Origin: Gonapodya sp. JEL0774
Taxonomy: Eukaryota
DNA: 62,367 bases
Assembly (NCBI GenBank): GCA_027604505.1
Contig: JADIIX010000136.1
Location: 1 to 62,367, forward strand
Direction: 5' to 3'
Positions 38,189 through 51,474 of this stretch are shown one piece after another (the stretch's first letter is position 1; every line of letters begins with the position of its first letter). The notes under the pieces are model-generated. The model did not search any database. It saw nothing but the letters and a program-made list of their open reading frames with translations, and was not told the origin of the DNA. A program made the translations under genes and the position numbers.

Positions 38189-41100
38189 ATGTCCCCCCAC
38201 CAATTTATGCAGTTCCCTATGAGATCCGTTTTCCAGGCGTTCGCTTCGCAAGCTGCGGTGTCTCCCAATGCGGTTGCTGTCAAGCATTATTGCAATGATG
38301 CCTACGGTGAAACGTCTTATGGACAGTTGTTGGACATGGCTCAACGTTATTGCTACATTATCGGACCTTGTATCAAGGAGCTTGGAGGAGACATGACGAT
38401 TTTCATTCATGTGATGATTTCCCCATCACTGGAGCTGGTGGCCCTCATACTCGCGTGAGCTCTTTCCTTATCGTTCCCCATCCACCAGTGACTCCGTACT
38501 GACCTCTTTCCTTATCGTTTCCCATCCACCCGTGACTCTACTCTGCTGAACACCAGGATATGGTCTGTAAATGGAATCTATGTGCCGTATACCAGAGGAA
38601 ATCTCCGTAGATCCAAATTGCTCCTGAGTCGCGTGCAGTCCGAAGTGGGTCCAGGGGCTGGTCATTGTGCTGTTGTGCATGAAAGCGACTTACAATGGTA
38701 AGTGTCCTCCGAGGGATTGCATTTTGGAGATCATATCGATTCCTTTTTACAAGCAGCCTTGCGGACACCGGAGCGTCAATAGTCCATCGACTTTCAAATG
38801 AACTTGTTTTCTTATCCTTGCAGCCGCGATTGCCACTTGACGTCTCGAAATTTATCTGTCCCTTATTGAATCTTGCCTACCTTGTACACACATCGGGCAC
38901 CACGGGCTCAGCCAATGCTGTTCTCGTGCCACACTCCACTCTCCTAACCAACCTCGACGAGCTCCAGGAGTCCTACTTTGCTGACACTGATGGGCGATCG
39001 CCTGAAGCGTTTACTACGATCCTATTGAGCCCACCGACATTTGATCCGAGCCTAGTGGAAATGTTCTTGCCACTCATCACAGGTCGCGCCGTCACAATCC
39101 CACCAACTTTGCAATCCTTTCTCTCTGATCCGCTTCCATTACTTAGGGTCTGTGCAGTTACACATTTGTCGTGCACACCATCTCTCTTGCTCGCACTGCC
39201 TCATGAGGCAGTCCGAGATATTCTCCTGGGTCGAACTTCGGTGACGGACTTATCTCTGGGTGGAGAACCATATCCGCTTCGTGCATTGCAAAAAACTTCT
39301 GAAAAGATCTACATCAGATGTTGGAATCTGTACGGGACGACGGAGTGTTCGGTTTGGGCATGTATCGCTAGGGTCGATGTTGATCAAGCCTCGTCGGGAA
39401 CCGGAGATGATCGCCTGCAATTGGGCTCAACTGTTCCCGACGAGAAGGAACGATCGAATGAGGAGTCTGCTTCATCTTCAAACTCCACTATGCGTCCGCG
39501 AAAGCGAAGACGGGTGCATGCCGCTGCGGTCGAGGACAATCTCGTTCCTTTGGGACAGCCACTGTCGCACACCTGGCTCCTTCTCGTCGATCCCTCCTCA
39601 AACGATGTGTTGTGGTCGAACTCTCCTCAATTTCCCCACAAGCAGCTACCAACCATGTCCGAGTGTGTCGCAGAGGTCTACTTAGGGGGCGCAGACAAAG
39701 TGACGTTTGTGTGGCCTCTGGATGATCCCGGACCACCCCCACCCGTGGTCCGACCCACAAAAGATCTTGTCTCAGTGCGATTCACGGATTCCAATTCATG
39801 TCCCACAATCTACTTCTTAGAGCGGTGTGACGACCAGGTGAAACGACTCGGAAAAAGGATTCGTCTTGGAGAGATCGCTGCAGCGGTGGAAGCGAGCTTC
39901 ACCCATGCAGGCGGAATGTGCCAGTGAGATCCAGAATGAAAATTTTCACTTTCGTTTTCTTGATTTCTTGTCATTTGTAGAGCGATGATGGTGCAGCCAA
40001 CGCAAAATGAATTTTCATCGCATCCTGGAGTCCTAGTTGCCTTTCTTTCCGCCTCCTCACCCGTGAATCACATCCCAACGATTCCGGCATTGATGGAGCT
40101 TTCGGAAGCAATTTCGTTGCTGGAGCTCAATAGTACCAGCCTTGATGTCCTACCAGAGCATGGCAGACCAGACTTTGTGGTCCTGCTTGGCTCTTTGTGG
40201 CCAATCACAGAGAATTCCAAGCTGGACAAGAGGAATCTCAAGAACATCTTTTGGAATCTTTACACTGTGCGCCAAGATCGAATTGAAAAGGAATCAGAGA
40301 TTGTACCCGAACAGGACTTGTTTCGGTATCTGTCGGAACTTGTTTTGAGCCTTGTTCGTGCACGCCTACCTAACAGGCCATCACTACCGATGACAATTGA
40401 TATGTATTTCTTGGCTGAAGGCGGATCGTCTTTCGATGGTGCGCAAATAGCTACGGTGCTGGCTCACGAAGTTGCGAAGCGTCGAGGTCCCATGCACAAC
40501 GATCCTGGCCTGTTGTTCAAGACTATTTTGAACGGCACATTAAAGGACGTTGTGGATTTAACAATCAATATGATGACGCAAGGCACCAGTGAAACAATGC
40601 GGAGCAACAAGTACACGCCAACGCCTGAGCGATCCGACGCCAAAACCCTCGTAGAAGCGTCACCTGACGTTATTCTGACTCGTAATTCAGTTTTGGATCT
40701 TTCGCACGACATAACCGATAGGATTATAGGGGCTCTGGAGCGCCATATTCTTGACCACCACCCCCACAGCGAATCCAGCACTCGCGTCCTATGGCAAGTT
40801 CCCCTGAACAAATGCGTGGACTCCTCTCCAGTTGTAGCCATCTACCTTGACAAATCCGGTATTGAGAATGTACGCGGTGTTGTTTTTGCAGCATCACACT
40901 CCGGCATAGTTGCGGCTGCAGATTTGGTAACGGGTGAGGTACTTTGGACATCGCAATTAGCAAGATGTGAAGCAGACGTGTTGCTGACTAAAGATGGCAA
41001 AAGTGTGATTGTTGGCTGCTACGACGGTTGCATATATTTTATCTCATCGAGCACGGGGAAGGTGGAATGGAGCTACAATACCGGTGGTGAAATCAAAGGT

Positions 41101-41957
41101 GCAGCAGTGGAAGACACAGACGGGGGCATTTGGGTGGGAAGCAGAAGTGGAAAGATCATACGGATAGGAGACGGCCGGACGGTGGACTTCATTAACATTG
41201 CACCTATCTTCGGATCACCGACGGTTTATGAAAGCATGCGCTCCGCAGCACACACCACATATTCTGTTTTTGTGGGTACCCTACTGGGTGACGTACTGCA
41301 CGTGGTTGCAACACTGGATACTCCCGCGGGATCGACCTCCATGGAGATACGCTGGCGGACCAACCTCGGCAAGCCCGTTTTCTCTTCCGTCATCGGACTC
41401 AAAGAACGGCGCATGGTTTTTGCTGGTTGTGTCGACGGTGGTATGTACGCTCTGGACTGGGCTACCGGAGAACGCGTGAGTCATTCCCTTATCACGTTAT
41501 CTTCAGTGTTCTCCATGAACGACTGTTGCAGATCTGGACGCATCGATCTACCCACCCTATATTTTCTACCCCGGTGTACTTTCGTCTTCCTAACGAACTA
41601 GACTCAGATCGGATTGTTTTCGGAACACATTCTGGATCCCTGATGTGTCTAGATGTTACATCGGGTAGCGTGAAGTGGACGCATATTTCAAAGCCTGCAA
41701 TGCCGATATTTGCCTCACCTTCTGCTGTTGTCGATGGGACAACAGTATCGGTCATTGCAGTCGAAACGAATGGACGGATGTTCATTGTTGATGCGCACAC
41801 GGGCTCGGAAATGGTAGCAATCAACGTGCCCGGAGATGCCTTTGCGTCGCCAGTTATCGTTGGGAGGAGGTTAGCTGTTGGAGCTTCTCGAGATGATGTT
41901 GTGCGGCTGATCGATTTTGGCTCAGGCACTGCGCATGGACCGGGACAGTTAAGGTAG
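38189..41957 (+). CDS. AASDH: AASDH/ACSF4-like NRPS-type enzyme (adenylation - carrier - PQQ-like beta-propeller)
   Basis: A-domain motifs AYLVHTSGTTG, TFDPS, LGGE, NLYGTTE and RCDDQVKRLGKRIRLGEI. Carrier motif FLAEGGSS. Propeller repeats WQVPLNKCVDSSP, VGCYDG, KPVFSS, PIFSTP and AFASP. The start is approximate. Confidence 0.88.
38461..38545 (+). repeat. Imperfect ~44-bp tandem duplication (TCTTTCCTTATCGTTYCCCATCCACC.GTGACTC) in an AASDH intron
   Basis: Two near-identical copies visible directly. Confidence 0.85.
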
Positions 41958-42162
41958 AGAAAGTACTTTTCAATCACCCGACAAAACAATGAAAATGTTT
42001 TTGTTTCGGTGATTTGGGGTTGTAATTATGTTGAGAATTTTCAAGTGGTGCCCGTTGGAGGTATCGTGTAAGGAGATTCGTAATATGTGTTACAGCGCAT
42101 GACAATTCCCTCCAAACCTATACTACGGTGAAAAGGCACGAACTGCGTCAAGATCAAGTTTG

Positions 42163-45100
42163 ATGTCAGGACACGCGCGGAAAGCGTCACAGCTTGATGC
42201 AGCCTTACGGATTGCTTCAGGATCCACTTCAACAGTTCCGTCCCCTCGTTTCCTCCCCTCGTCTGCGCCAGCTGCAGATCCCCTGATTTCCCTTTCCGCT
42301 GCGCCGTCTCTCAAGCTTCAACCTGAAGCACAAGACTCGACCCTTGACTTTATTCGCACCCCTAATCTTGATATGAGTGAGGTGGATGAAGAGACTCCTC
42401 AAGAACCGGAGGGTCCAGACGATGAGGTCGAAAATGGTGAAGAACAACAATTGGAGAATGATAATATTCAGCAGAGGCAGGAAGAGTATGGCCATATGCT
42501 CGGGATGCCAAAGTGGAAAGGGTAAGATTATCCGTCTCTCAGTGCACTGATTTTTGGGGGGATTTTAACTTATTGAACTTTACCAATAGCTCACTAGTCA
42601 AAAAGCATCGTTCAATTGAAGATAGGTGAGTGGGGTTGTAGTTTGTGGGGAAAATGCACAACGCGTTCGGCGGTCGACGCAATCACATGCACACGTATTC
42701 GCAAATTGTCCTGTCTTGTAATCTCATTACCAGTCCTCTTTTCCGCCAATTAATAGAGCCAAAGCTGACATCCACGTGAACCCTTTTCTCACCTCAAAAC
42801 CCCTTGTTCCCTTCTGGCTGGACCCAGGCAACATATTGTATTCCATACTTTTCGGCTGGTGGCTGGCTCTATCTTTTCTTATTGTAACTGCCATCCTGGG
42901 GTTCCTTGGTCTCATTGGTACTTTGGGTCGCTCAACGCTTGGAGCATTCGGTGTATTATCAGGGATGTGGTGGGACTTCGAGCGATGTTACTGTTATTCG
43001 GAGGTACTACTTAGTCTGGCCCGCTACGTATTCTTCCCATTTGGACTGGTGGTGGAGAGGTTGCGTGATCTTCCTCAGAGCACCCGCTTGCATGGCGAAC
43101 GGGAGAGCAGAATTGAATCGGAACATGGCAACACCTTCGATGACTACTTTGGACGCTCACCGCTCCTCTCTCGAGTACCGTCCGACCAACTCGAAAGTGG
43201 AGAGCGGCAGCCGCTCTTGTCACGGCGTGAGCAACAGTCGAGCGAACTGCCCGATGAGGGTGAGGACTTCATCGATGATGAGGAGCCGTTTACACCAACA
43301 GCAGCTCGACCGTATAAAGGCTTATTCCCTTCAAGTGAAACATCGGATCAAGTACATGTGGAATCCAGCTATGGCGGACCGCCCCACCTTCGACCACGCT
43401 CTACCCCACCACCGCAACATCTTCAAGCCCTTCCTAGTCCGCCCCAATATTCCAGCTCTTATAACCCCAGCGGAATGAATTCGGCTTCTTCCACTCGTCG
43501 AGCTTCCATAGCTACAGGTGCCGGCACGATTCCCCGACCGCTTCAGAGCCCGGCTGTGCCATTCATCCACTTACACCCCGGTGCATTCCCAGGAGCTGCA
43601 GCAAGCTTTCCTGGTGCCGGTGCGCTTGCTCAAGCTGGATTTACAAGAAGGTCCAAGAACCTAGAATCCCCTCGCGACCCATATTCAACCAGTGTGCCAA
43701 TTCGAGCAGTTCTCCACCCTCAGCACTACGATTCGTTTGCGAGCTCCATGTCGCCACAACCTTCGAGCGGGGCGCATGACACCGGTCTGATGTCGGACGA
43801 GACTTCTGATGAGCTTCTTTCTTCACCACCTCGCAGAAAGCGGGCATCATTGTGGCGACATGCACTGTACCTACCTGAGCACGGTCCAGTGACTTTTAGT
43901 CATGTCATGGTCAGGTTTCTCCTTTGCGTGATCGTTGTGCCGTGTGTTTGCGTGAGCGCAAGTTTATGCTGGCTGATGGTGGTTCTAGGTACGTTAATTC
44001 GTTGTTGGTGGGTATCGACTTCCTCTCAAATCTGGAACACAAATTGTAAATTCAGTCCCGATGACGAAGCTTCAGTGGAGTGAGTTGCATTGGTTTTTGT
44101 GCCACTCTCAACTTCGCTCTCAATTTTGCTGCAAATACAAGCTTTACTCAAGCACCTGTTCCGCACACCTCGTGAGTTCCTGGGTTGCCAAAAGAATTCT
44201 CTCGCGTTTTGTGAACCTGGAGTTTCTGTGATATTCTTGACACGCTAGTGCGCCTCAGGGTTCGCCGAATTGACGACGTCCAAGTCTCTGTGGCATCTTT
44301 TGCTGCTGCAATGGCTGGTATTCCAACATCACCTCAAGCATCACCTTACATTTCGAAGCCGTCACTTCTGAGACTCAACAGTTACAGGCCGGTCACGAGA
44401 AGCTATTCAAACATGGAGGCAGAAATTCTGCTGTGCATTTATCATGGTGAGCCTCGGTGTCAGAATCTCCCTTTTCGTGTGTGACCAACCGGAATGGATA
44501 AACTAATGCCACCAAAAGCTGTTGGTTGGCTCTATTACAAGACTGTTCTCGACGGTGTCAACATTATAATCGTCAACATGTTCCTTCTTGTCCCCATCAC
44601 GTTGGTTTTGGGCTTATTTACTCCACTTCAAAAGACTCCAGAGGGAGCACTGGTGTTGTTCGCGACGAGTCTCGCCGCCGTGGTGCCCTGCGCCTATTTG
44701 ATCGGGCAGGCCATTGCTTCTATCGCAGCTCAGGCCAAGAGCATGGCAATGGGTGCTGTTCTTAATGCCACCTTTGGCAGCATCGTCGAAATTTTGTACG
44801 TTCGAGTAGTTTGTGCGTACAACGTGGTTAGGATGAGTTCCAATATTGGACGTCCTCTTCGGCAGACTTTACGCGCTTGCATTGAAGCAGGGGAAGCTGC
44901 CACTTGTTGAGGGTGGATTGATTGGATCGTTTTTATTTGGAATGCTTCTGCTACCCGGTCTCAGCATGGCATTCGGCGGGTTGAAGACTCACGAACAGAA
45001 GTTCAACAGTGAGTTCTTCGCGGAGATAGCGATTTGTTGATCCTAATTATTTTTGTTTAGTCCGAGCCGCAGGCATCACCATTACTCTCCTTTGGGTTGG

Positions 45101-46514
45101 TGTTATTGGTGCTTTCACGCCGACCATCTTCCACCGAGTTTTTGCGAAGTTTGACGTGGTGTGTCAAGAACCAGCGAAGCTCACTGGATGTCATATTGTG
45201 CAACCGCATCCTCTTACTGATCCACTCTACATGCAAGGGACAAGGTTCGTCTGAAGGAGTGAATAATAATTTGAACGTTCTGCTCCGTTTCTCAATTTTG
45301 CTTATGTTATTCATGTTTCTGGCTGTCTTTTCGTCTTTTTTAGACCACTAATGCTCATATGTGCAGGTGTATTGATCTTAACCTACCTTGTGGGCATAGT
45401 GTTCACCTTGCATACCCACGAGAAAGCAATCTACAGCAGGAAGAAGAACGACCGGCCTCAGCGAAGGAGGACTCCTATCGAAGACCATTCTCGCCAAATC
45501 TCGGTGTCTTCGCTGAATTCACCTCGCACAGGACCAACTACAGCTGTTCGAAGGCTTGCCTCCAATAGCACCATTCCGGGAGCGTTTCTTCCTGGAGCAA
45601 CCCCAGCAGCCTCTACAACAATCAAAAGGGGGAATACTGCAACCGCAGTCGATACTGATTCGAAGCAGGGCACAATAAGGTCGCCCCTTATGAGCACTTC
45701 AAATTTGCTTGCCGGTCGTTCGTCGGAAAAGCCATCCAAATCAATGGACACCGAATCAATTGGGTCTTTTGCATCCACAGAGTCGGAGGACGACGATATT
45801 GGCCATGATGTGAGTTGGACGTCAACCTAAGGCAAATCAACAATACTTACGTGACCCCTTTTGGAAGCACCCTCAATGGTCCCGCACCAAATCTACTATC
45901 ATACTTCTTGTTTGCACCGTCTGTTTTGCAGGAATAGGCGAGATCCTCATTGGCAGCGTTGATATTGTTCTTGATTTTGTCCCACCCAAGTTTGTTGGAC
46001 TTACACTCTTTGCGATTGTGCCCTCCATTACGGAATTGTATAATGGCGTTGCATTTGCCCTCACTGACCGCATTCAAATGAGCATGGAAATAGGGAACGC
46101 ATACACCGCCCAGGTTGCTTTATTACAGATACCAGTTGTCGTAGCATTTTCGGTGAGAGCACATGTTCACTGGTGGTGAAGATTGATGGTTAAATCAGAA
46201 TCTGCTCACTTCCTCCAACATGATAGGCCTTCTGGGAATGGTATAACCCTGGAGAGACATCTCAGGGTTTCACGCTTGTGTTTCCCACCCTTGATTGCTT
46301 TGCAATGGTCATCAGTTTGTTCTTGCTTGTGAGTGAAGTGCGATGGCGTGTCTTGCGACAGTCGTTACTGAAGTGGTTGTATCCTTAGTCATGGGTGTAT
46401 TCTGAAGGCACCGCCAATTACTTCAAAGGCTCCATGTTGCTACTTACATACATTGTTGTACTCGCCGTGTTTTACTTCATCCCCCGCACTGCTTCAACCG
46501 ATGAAATCTTCTAA
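42163..46514 (+). CDS. VNX1: VNX1-like type II CAX cation/H+ antiporter, multi-exon
   Basis: N-terminal GNILYSILFGWWLAL, alpha-1 GAVLNATFGSIVEI, GSFLFGMLLLPGLSM..GG...EQKFN, alpha-2 GLTLFAIVPSITELYN...SMEIGNAYTAQVALLQIP and EGTANYFKGSMLL. Confidence 0.92.
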
Positions 46515-46548
46515 TCTACTGACGTATAAATGTGAAACGTAGTAATTA

Positions 46549-46586
46549 ATTGCGAACCATCAATTGCGAACCATATTGCGAACCAT
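46549..46586. repeat. Three copies of ATTGCGAACCAT
   Basis: Visible at 46549, 46563 and 46575, between the VNX1 stop and the Phactr-like gene. Confidence 0.9.
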
Positions 46587-46834
46587 CAACTTCGCGTGCG
46601 AAGTCCACCCAACTGAAAACCCCTTCCGCCGCGCCACGTCTTCGCAGTATCCCTGGTTCCATCTTTTGAAAAATCTCACCCACCACGTTTCCTTTACTCA
46701 GAAACATTTGCTCATTGATCTCTCCATCCAAGCCCTTGGCGAGCTTCCACATTGATTCATAGAGATTACCATTCCAATTAACCTGAGTGCTGCACTTCTT
46801 TTCAACAACACCGACGCCGATCTTCGATCATCGA

Positions 46835-47992
46835 ATGTCTACAGTAGCAGCCGCTTCCACAGTAAGACCTCTCCAAACATTGACGCCCTCTGCGGCCACA
46901 CATTCACAAGCCAGCGGGGGTGAGAACACGGACCCAATGAACCCGCGGCTTAGTGACGGACTGGACTCTCATACACGCAGTCCAGAGGAAATGGGGAAGA
47001 TTGTAACCGGTGAGTTGTAGAAATTTGTCACCGAAAGAGAGGCAAGGGCCTGGAATGGGAAGGGATCACGATCCCGTTTCAGAGAAAGATGGAGATATGT
47101 TCCCGAGCATACAGAAAACCATCAAGAGCTTGACTAATTTCATTTCAAGATCTGGGTCGCAGACTCTCCCAACGGATCGATAAAATTGAACTTGAAAATC
47201 GGGGTATTTGGCGCAACCCGGAGGAGAGTCCACGGCGCGAACAAGAAAGGGAGTCTGCAAAAGAAAAACTTGCGAGCAAAATAATACAGCGCCCTACTAA
47301 GGTTGATCTGAAGCTCAGAAATATTTTGAGAGGTGAGTTCAATGGACTTCAAGCACAGTACATCAGCAATGACGCTACCTCAACATCTCCGATAGTTGAG
47401 TCAACCGACTCTATTGCTGGAAATGCCGGCTATCTCGAAAGGGGCATATCTATTGCCGAGCGATCTCAACAACTCCGGTCGTGTCTAAAAAAACGGCCTG
47501 ACAGGAGCGAGCTCATGGCGAAGAACATTATGAAAGGTGCAAGTTTGCGTTGTTTCTGAGAAATGACATTGCGGTTAATGTTTTGTGGCGTTCAAGGTGG
47601 TGATATTGCTCCATCACTTTCGGCGGCTGTGAAATTGCAAGGGACTGCAGAAATCACTCCAACACGATCTGACGTTGTCGCGTCACTGGACGCAAAAATA
47701 CGTGCAAGACCTGCACCAGATGATCCCGAAATTCAGAAGGTCATATTTTGTGAGACTGTGGAAGTGATGCCGACGTTTAGAAAATCAGAATACAGTCGGA
47801 AGCCAGACCCAACAGTAAGCTCCAGATGAATTGACAAACTTTACATCTAAAGCTCACAAAGCGTCCTCTCAGGCGACTTTCCGCAAGCTTACACCACAAT
47901 TGAAAGTGTCTATTCGTGAGGAGCTCAATACATTTAAAAAGACAGAAATGGTAGTGCACGAGGAATCGTTGAGGAACACTTTATTTCACTGA
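46835..47992 (+). CDS. RPEL-repeat protein with Phactr/Bni4-type C-terminal PP1-binding domain
   Basis: RPEL-like repeats LGRRLSQRIDKIELENRGIW, LASKIIQRPTKVDLKLRNIL and LRSCLKKRPDRSELMAKNIM, then KVIFCETVEV...EYSRKPDPT|ATFRKLTPQLKVSIREELNTFKKTEMVVHEESLRNTLFH*. Confidence 0.82.
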
Positions 47993-48068
47993 TAAATCTT
48001 GGGATATATGTACAGGTCAAAGTAAAATATACGAGTGATGAAGAAGATAAATTACAGATAATACAATC

Positions 48069-51000
48069 TCAAGAGACCCACGGAATGTCCACTCTGACTT
48101 GCTTTACCCGAACTATCTCTCTGTACAATCCAATTTGTGCATCCCTTTTCTTTCCCAGCGGAATTTCACCAACCGCCAGCACCTTGAGCGCAAGCTCTGA
48201 GCCTTTCTTCCCCTCTCCAAATCGTGAAGAAGGTACGAGGAATGCATCTTCAATCATGCATCTCTTCCAGCGGCCGCCGTAACTTACAAAAACAGGTTGG
48301 TTCCGCCGTACTGGAAGATTTGCAGCAATTCCTTCGTCTGAACGGAAGGGCTGCCTTAAACTCTAGATCGCAATTGAATTCTTCTGCAAACACTCACGTG
48401 TGAAGAGTGATACGTTGAGTCCACATTCTCTCTCTGCGACACTCGCAAGCTCTGGATCAGCTCTGATCACCCCACTTTCGTTCAACTCCTCCATTGTAGA
48501 TCCGACACCTATGGAACGGTAATGGGGAGATTGGAATGGCCACAAGGCTTCAGAGGCGAGTCTCTCGAGATGCTCTTTTTCGCCTGTTCAGTGCGGGGTT
48601 ACACAACGACTCCAGTCCTGCGCACGCATTACCAACCACAAACCATTTGCATCTTTTGATTTTTGTCCGCGACTGGTCACCTCCACCTCATCTCCCCACA
48701 TCGCCCATTTGAACCCCTCCGGAACCTTGCCTGTCTGTAGATAAACAAGAGCCTCGTGTATGCCAGGCACCTGAAAGAAATTGGGATCGGTTGACAACGC
48801 GACGAAGGGTTCGGAAGTATCTGAGAATTGGACGAAAACGTCATGGGGTGGATGTAGTTGTTGACTTTGAAAACAGTGCATTTGTTATATCTGCACTGGC
48901 GAGCGATAATCTGGTTACTCACAATTCGAAACATCCATCATTTAACACCAAGCTTCGAGCAACAACTGGCGCGTCAGGCATGGTCGAATCCCGTTCATAG
49001 GAGGGAACAGTCTGAACAATAGAATTGGCGCTCCGCCGAACAGAAACCTTCCAGAATGAAGACGGCTCACAATTGCTGCGCTCCAATTTATTCCGGAATC
49101 CGATTTGACGAGGATCAGTTGTCGCCGATCAGCTATGTAAGCCCACTGTGAGATAAGCGTTCTAAAACACAGTTTTCAAGCCCCAAACTCACCCCACACT
49201 GGCTTCCCAGAGCGCTGCATGCTCTTTTGCGGTGGTTCCATGGGCAAACTAACCAGCACCTCGGTCCTCTCGTCCAAGTCCGCTCTGTCCATCAGTACAG
49301 GTGCCAAACCGCTCTCAGCAAAAACCGTCATCGTCACTGGGACCTCGCCAATACCCTCCACCGGTCTCGTCTTGGCGACGGAATACAGTGGAGCAGACAC
49401 CATGAGGGATGCCGCCGGGAGTTCAAATAGAGACAAAGGACCTTGGGAATGTACAGCTTCGACAGCTGTTATGTTCCCCGATGGCATGCCGCCAGCTGGT
49501 GTTTCATTGTTATCAGTACTTTCGGGAGAAATGCCCTCAAGACGCAAGTCAGATGCGGAAAGATGGGGTACGACGCGCAATCTTTCAATCAATTTCATGG
49601 ACTTCATTCACACGAGCGATATGTTAGCCAGAAATCCAAGGCTCTACTCGAGTCCGCATCACAAATCACCTTTTCAACTGCCATCTGCATGAGCGGTGAC
49701 CTCCTCTCGGGCCACTTTTGGTCGAACAGTGCCTCGTGCCGTCGACATCGGATACACGTACGATCCTTATCCTGTTCACCGATTTCACGCTCTTCGGAAG
49801 GGTCCACGTCTTGCCCGCAAGTCGTGCATGCGTCCGCACCGTTCGTTGCATTTATAGTTGCTGCTGTTCCCATAATCCGATCGAAAGTGTCCTTGACGGA
49901 GAAGACACCCTGTCGTGGTCGAGATGCGCGTGGCAGTCGCCGAGTTTGGGTGTTTTGATCTTGAGTCGAAGACTCGTCGATTGAATCCACCGATTGAAAA
50001 TATCCACCTCGTTCGAGCCTTCCGGAAGAGTTCGATTTTGAAAATGCACGCGTTTCACCCAACGGAGACAGGTTGTTGGACGCACCGCTCGCAAGTGCCG
50101 CAGAGGCATTCCGCGTTTCCATAGCCAAAATAATTTTCGCCATAGGATGCGGTTATTTCCTCTCCACGACGAATGGGTCGCACAACGGTGAACCATATTA
50201 TGTTGGTACGCTTTTGGGGTGTGAACTGGGATCAACGCAATGAGAACTCTCATACATCCTGAGTAAAATACAAAAATTCAACATACCACACAATTTGGCT
50301 CACAGTCGTGATTAACAAATCTTGCAGGCCCCAAGAAGAGCGAAGAAGCTTTTTTTGAGCTTAGCGTAATGACTGAGAAATCTCGGTCGCTCAGCCATTC
50401 CTCATCCTCTTCGGTAAGTATAGCAATGTACCCAGTGCAAAGGTTGATTTGCTCGCCTGGCACCCAATTTCGCGTGGCCAGAATACATGCTTGGGAGGAA
50501 TAGGGTTCTTTGATTTAAAGTACTTTGGTGACGAGAATCTGGCTGCTCACCTTCGGCTTTCTTGGAAACGCGAGAGTATCTATATGTGCGAGAGATCTCA
50601 TAGCCAGCTTGAGGATGATACATCAACAGATAACGGTTGACATGCCTTTTCGATAAGCAGGTCAACAAAGATGGATTTAGTTCGTTCCAACGTGACTGTC
50701 TCTTGGAAGTGTGTGACTCACTCCCGAAACTGGGCAAGCTGCTTGTATGGAGTGTATGGAACAAATTTACGAAATAAGCCATAGACCCGCTCCGATATGT
50801 AATCGCTGCAATGAAATCAATAGTTCAGTGACATGTGAATCCACTTCCCGATTCCCTGCATCGATGCAGCCCCAAATGTCACCCCATTCAGCTTCGTCAC
50901 GCGTAACTTCACACCAGTTGTGATTGCACTACTCACCTCTTTTCCTGTTCTATCTTCCCTGATTGTTCCAACAAAGCCCGGATGATTTGGTCAGTGGTCC

Positions 51001-51474
51001 ACCGAATATCTCGCTTCCCGAGCATGCCCATCTGAATAATTGGAATAATTGAATGTCGAAAAATTCCCCAAGGATCGATTTCTGGGAGGATTTGAGCCTG
51101 ATAGTTCGACACGGGATTCATTTTATATGTTCGAAAGCCCAGGAGAGCTTTGTCGAGAAACAACTGAATAAAGCCAAGAGTGACTTGTTCCATTTGTCGA
51201 TTCTCTGACAGTATCCGACTTCAAATCAAGCGAACCTCGCAGCAAATGTCATCGTAGTCCGACAGATCTTGTTCGTAATAAGAAGTTGTGATTCGCAAGT
51301 GAAGTGAGAACAGGCTTTTCTCCCACTTGACGCTTTCTTCGCAGCTTGGGGGGGGCACGGCTTACCTCTGAAGCTGATGTCCGATCCGTCCACCTGTTCC
51401 CGTGCTTTGCGAGGTCGCGCTGGTCTTGAAGATGGGCTCGCAATTGGAGTCTGGGCATCTGGTATCGTTGGCAT
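48069..51474 (-). CDS. SET9: Histone H4K20 methyltransferase Set9/KMT5, multi-exon
   Basis: DLSDYDD...[33 protein letters not shown]...[40 protein letters not shown] and later CIRCRRH..LF...WPER. The 3' exons are inferred. Confidence 0.9.

Noticed and set aside
37499..46586. Short triple repeats as CRISPR-like arrays
   Set aside because: The units are 12-15 bp with no unique spacers, there are no cas genes, and the context is eukaryotic.
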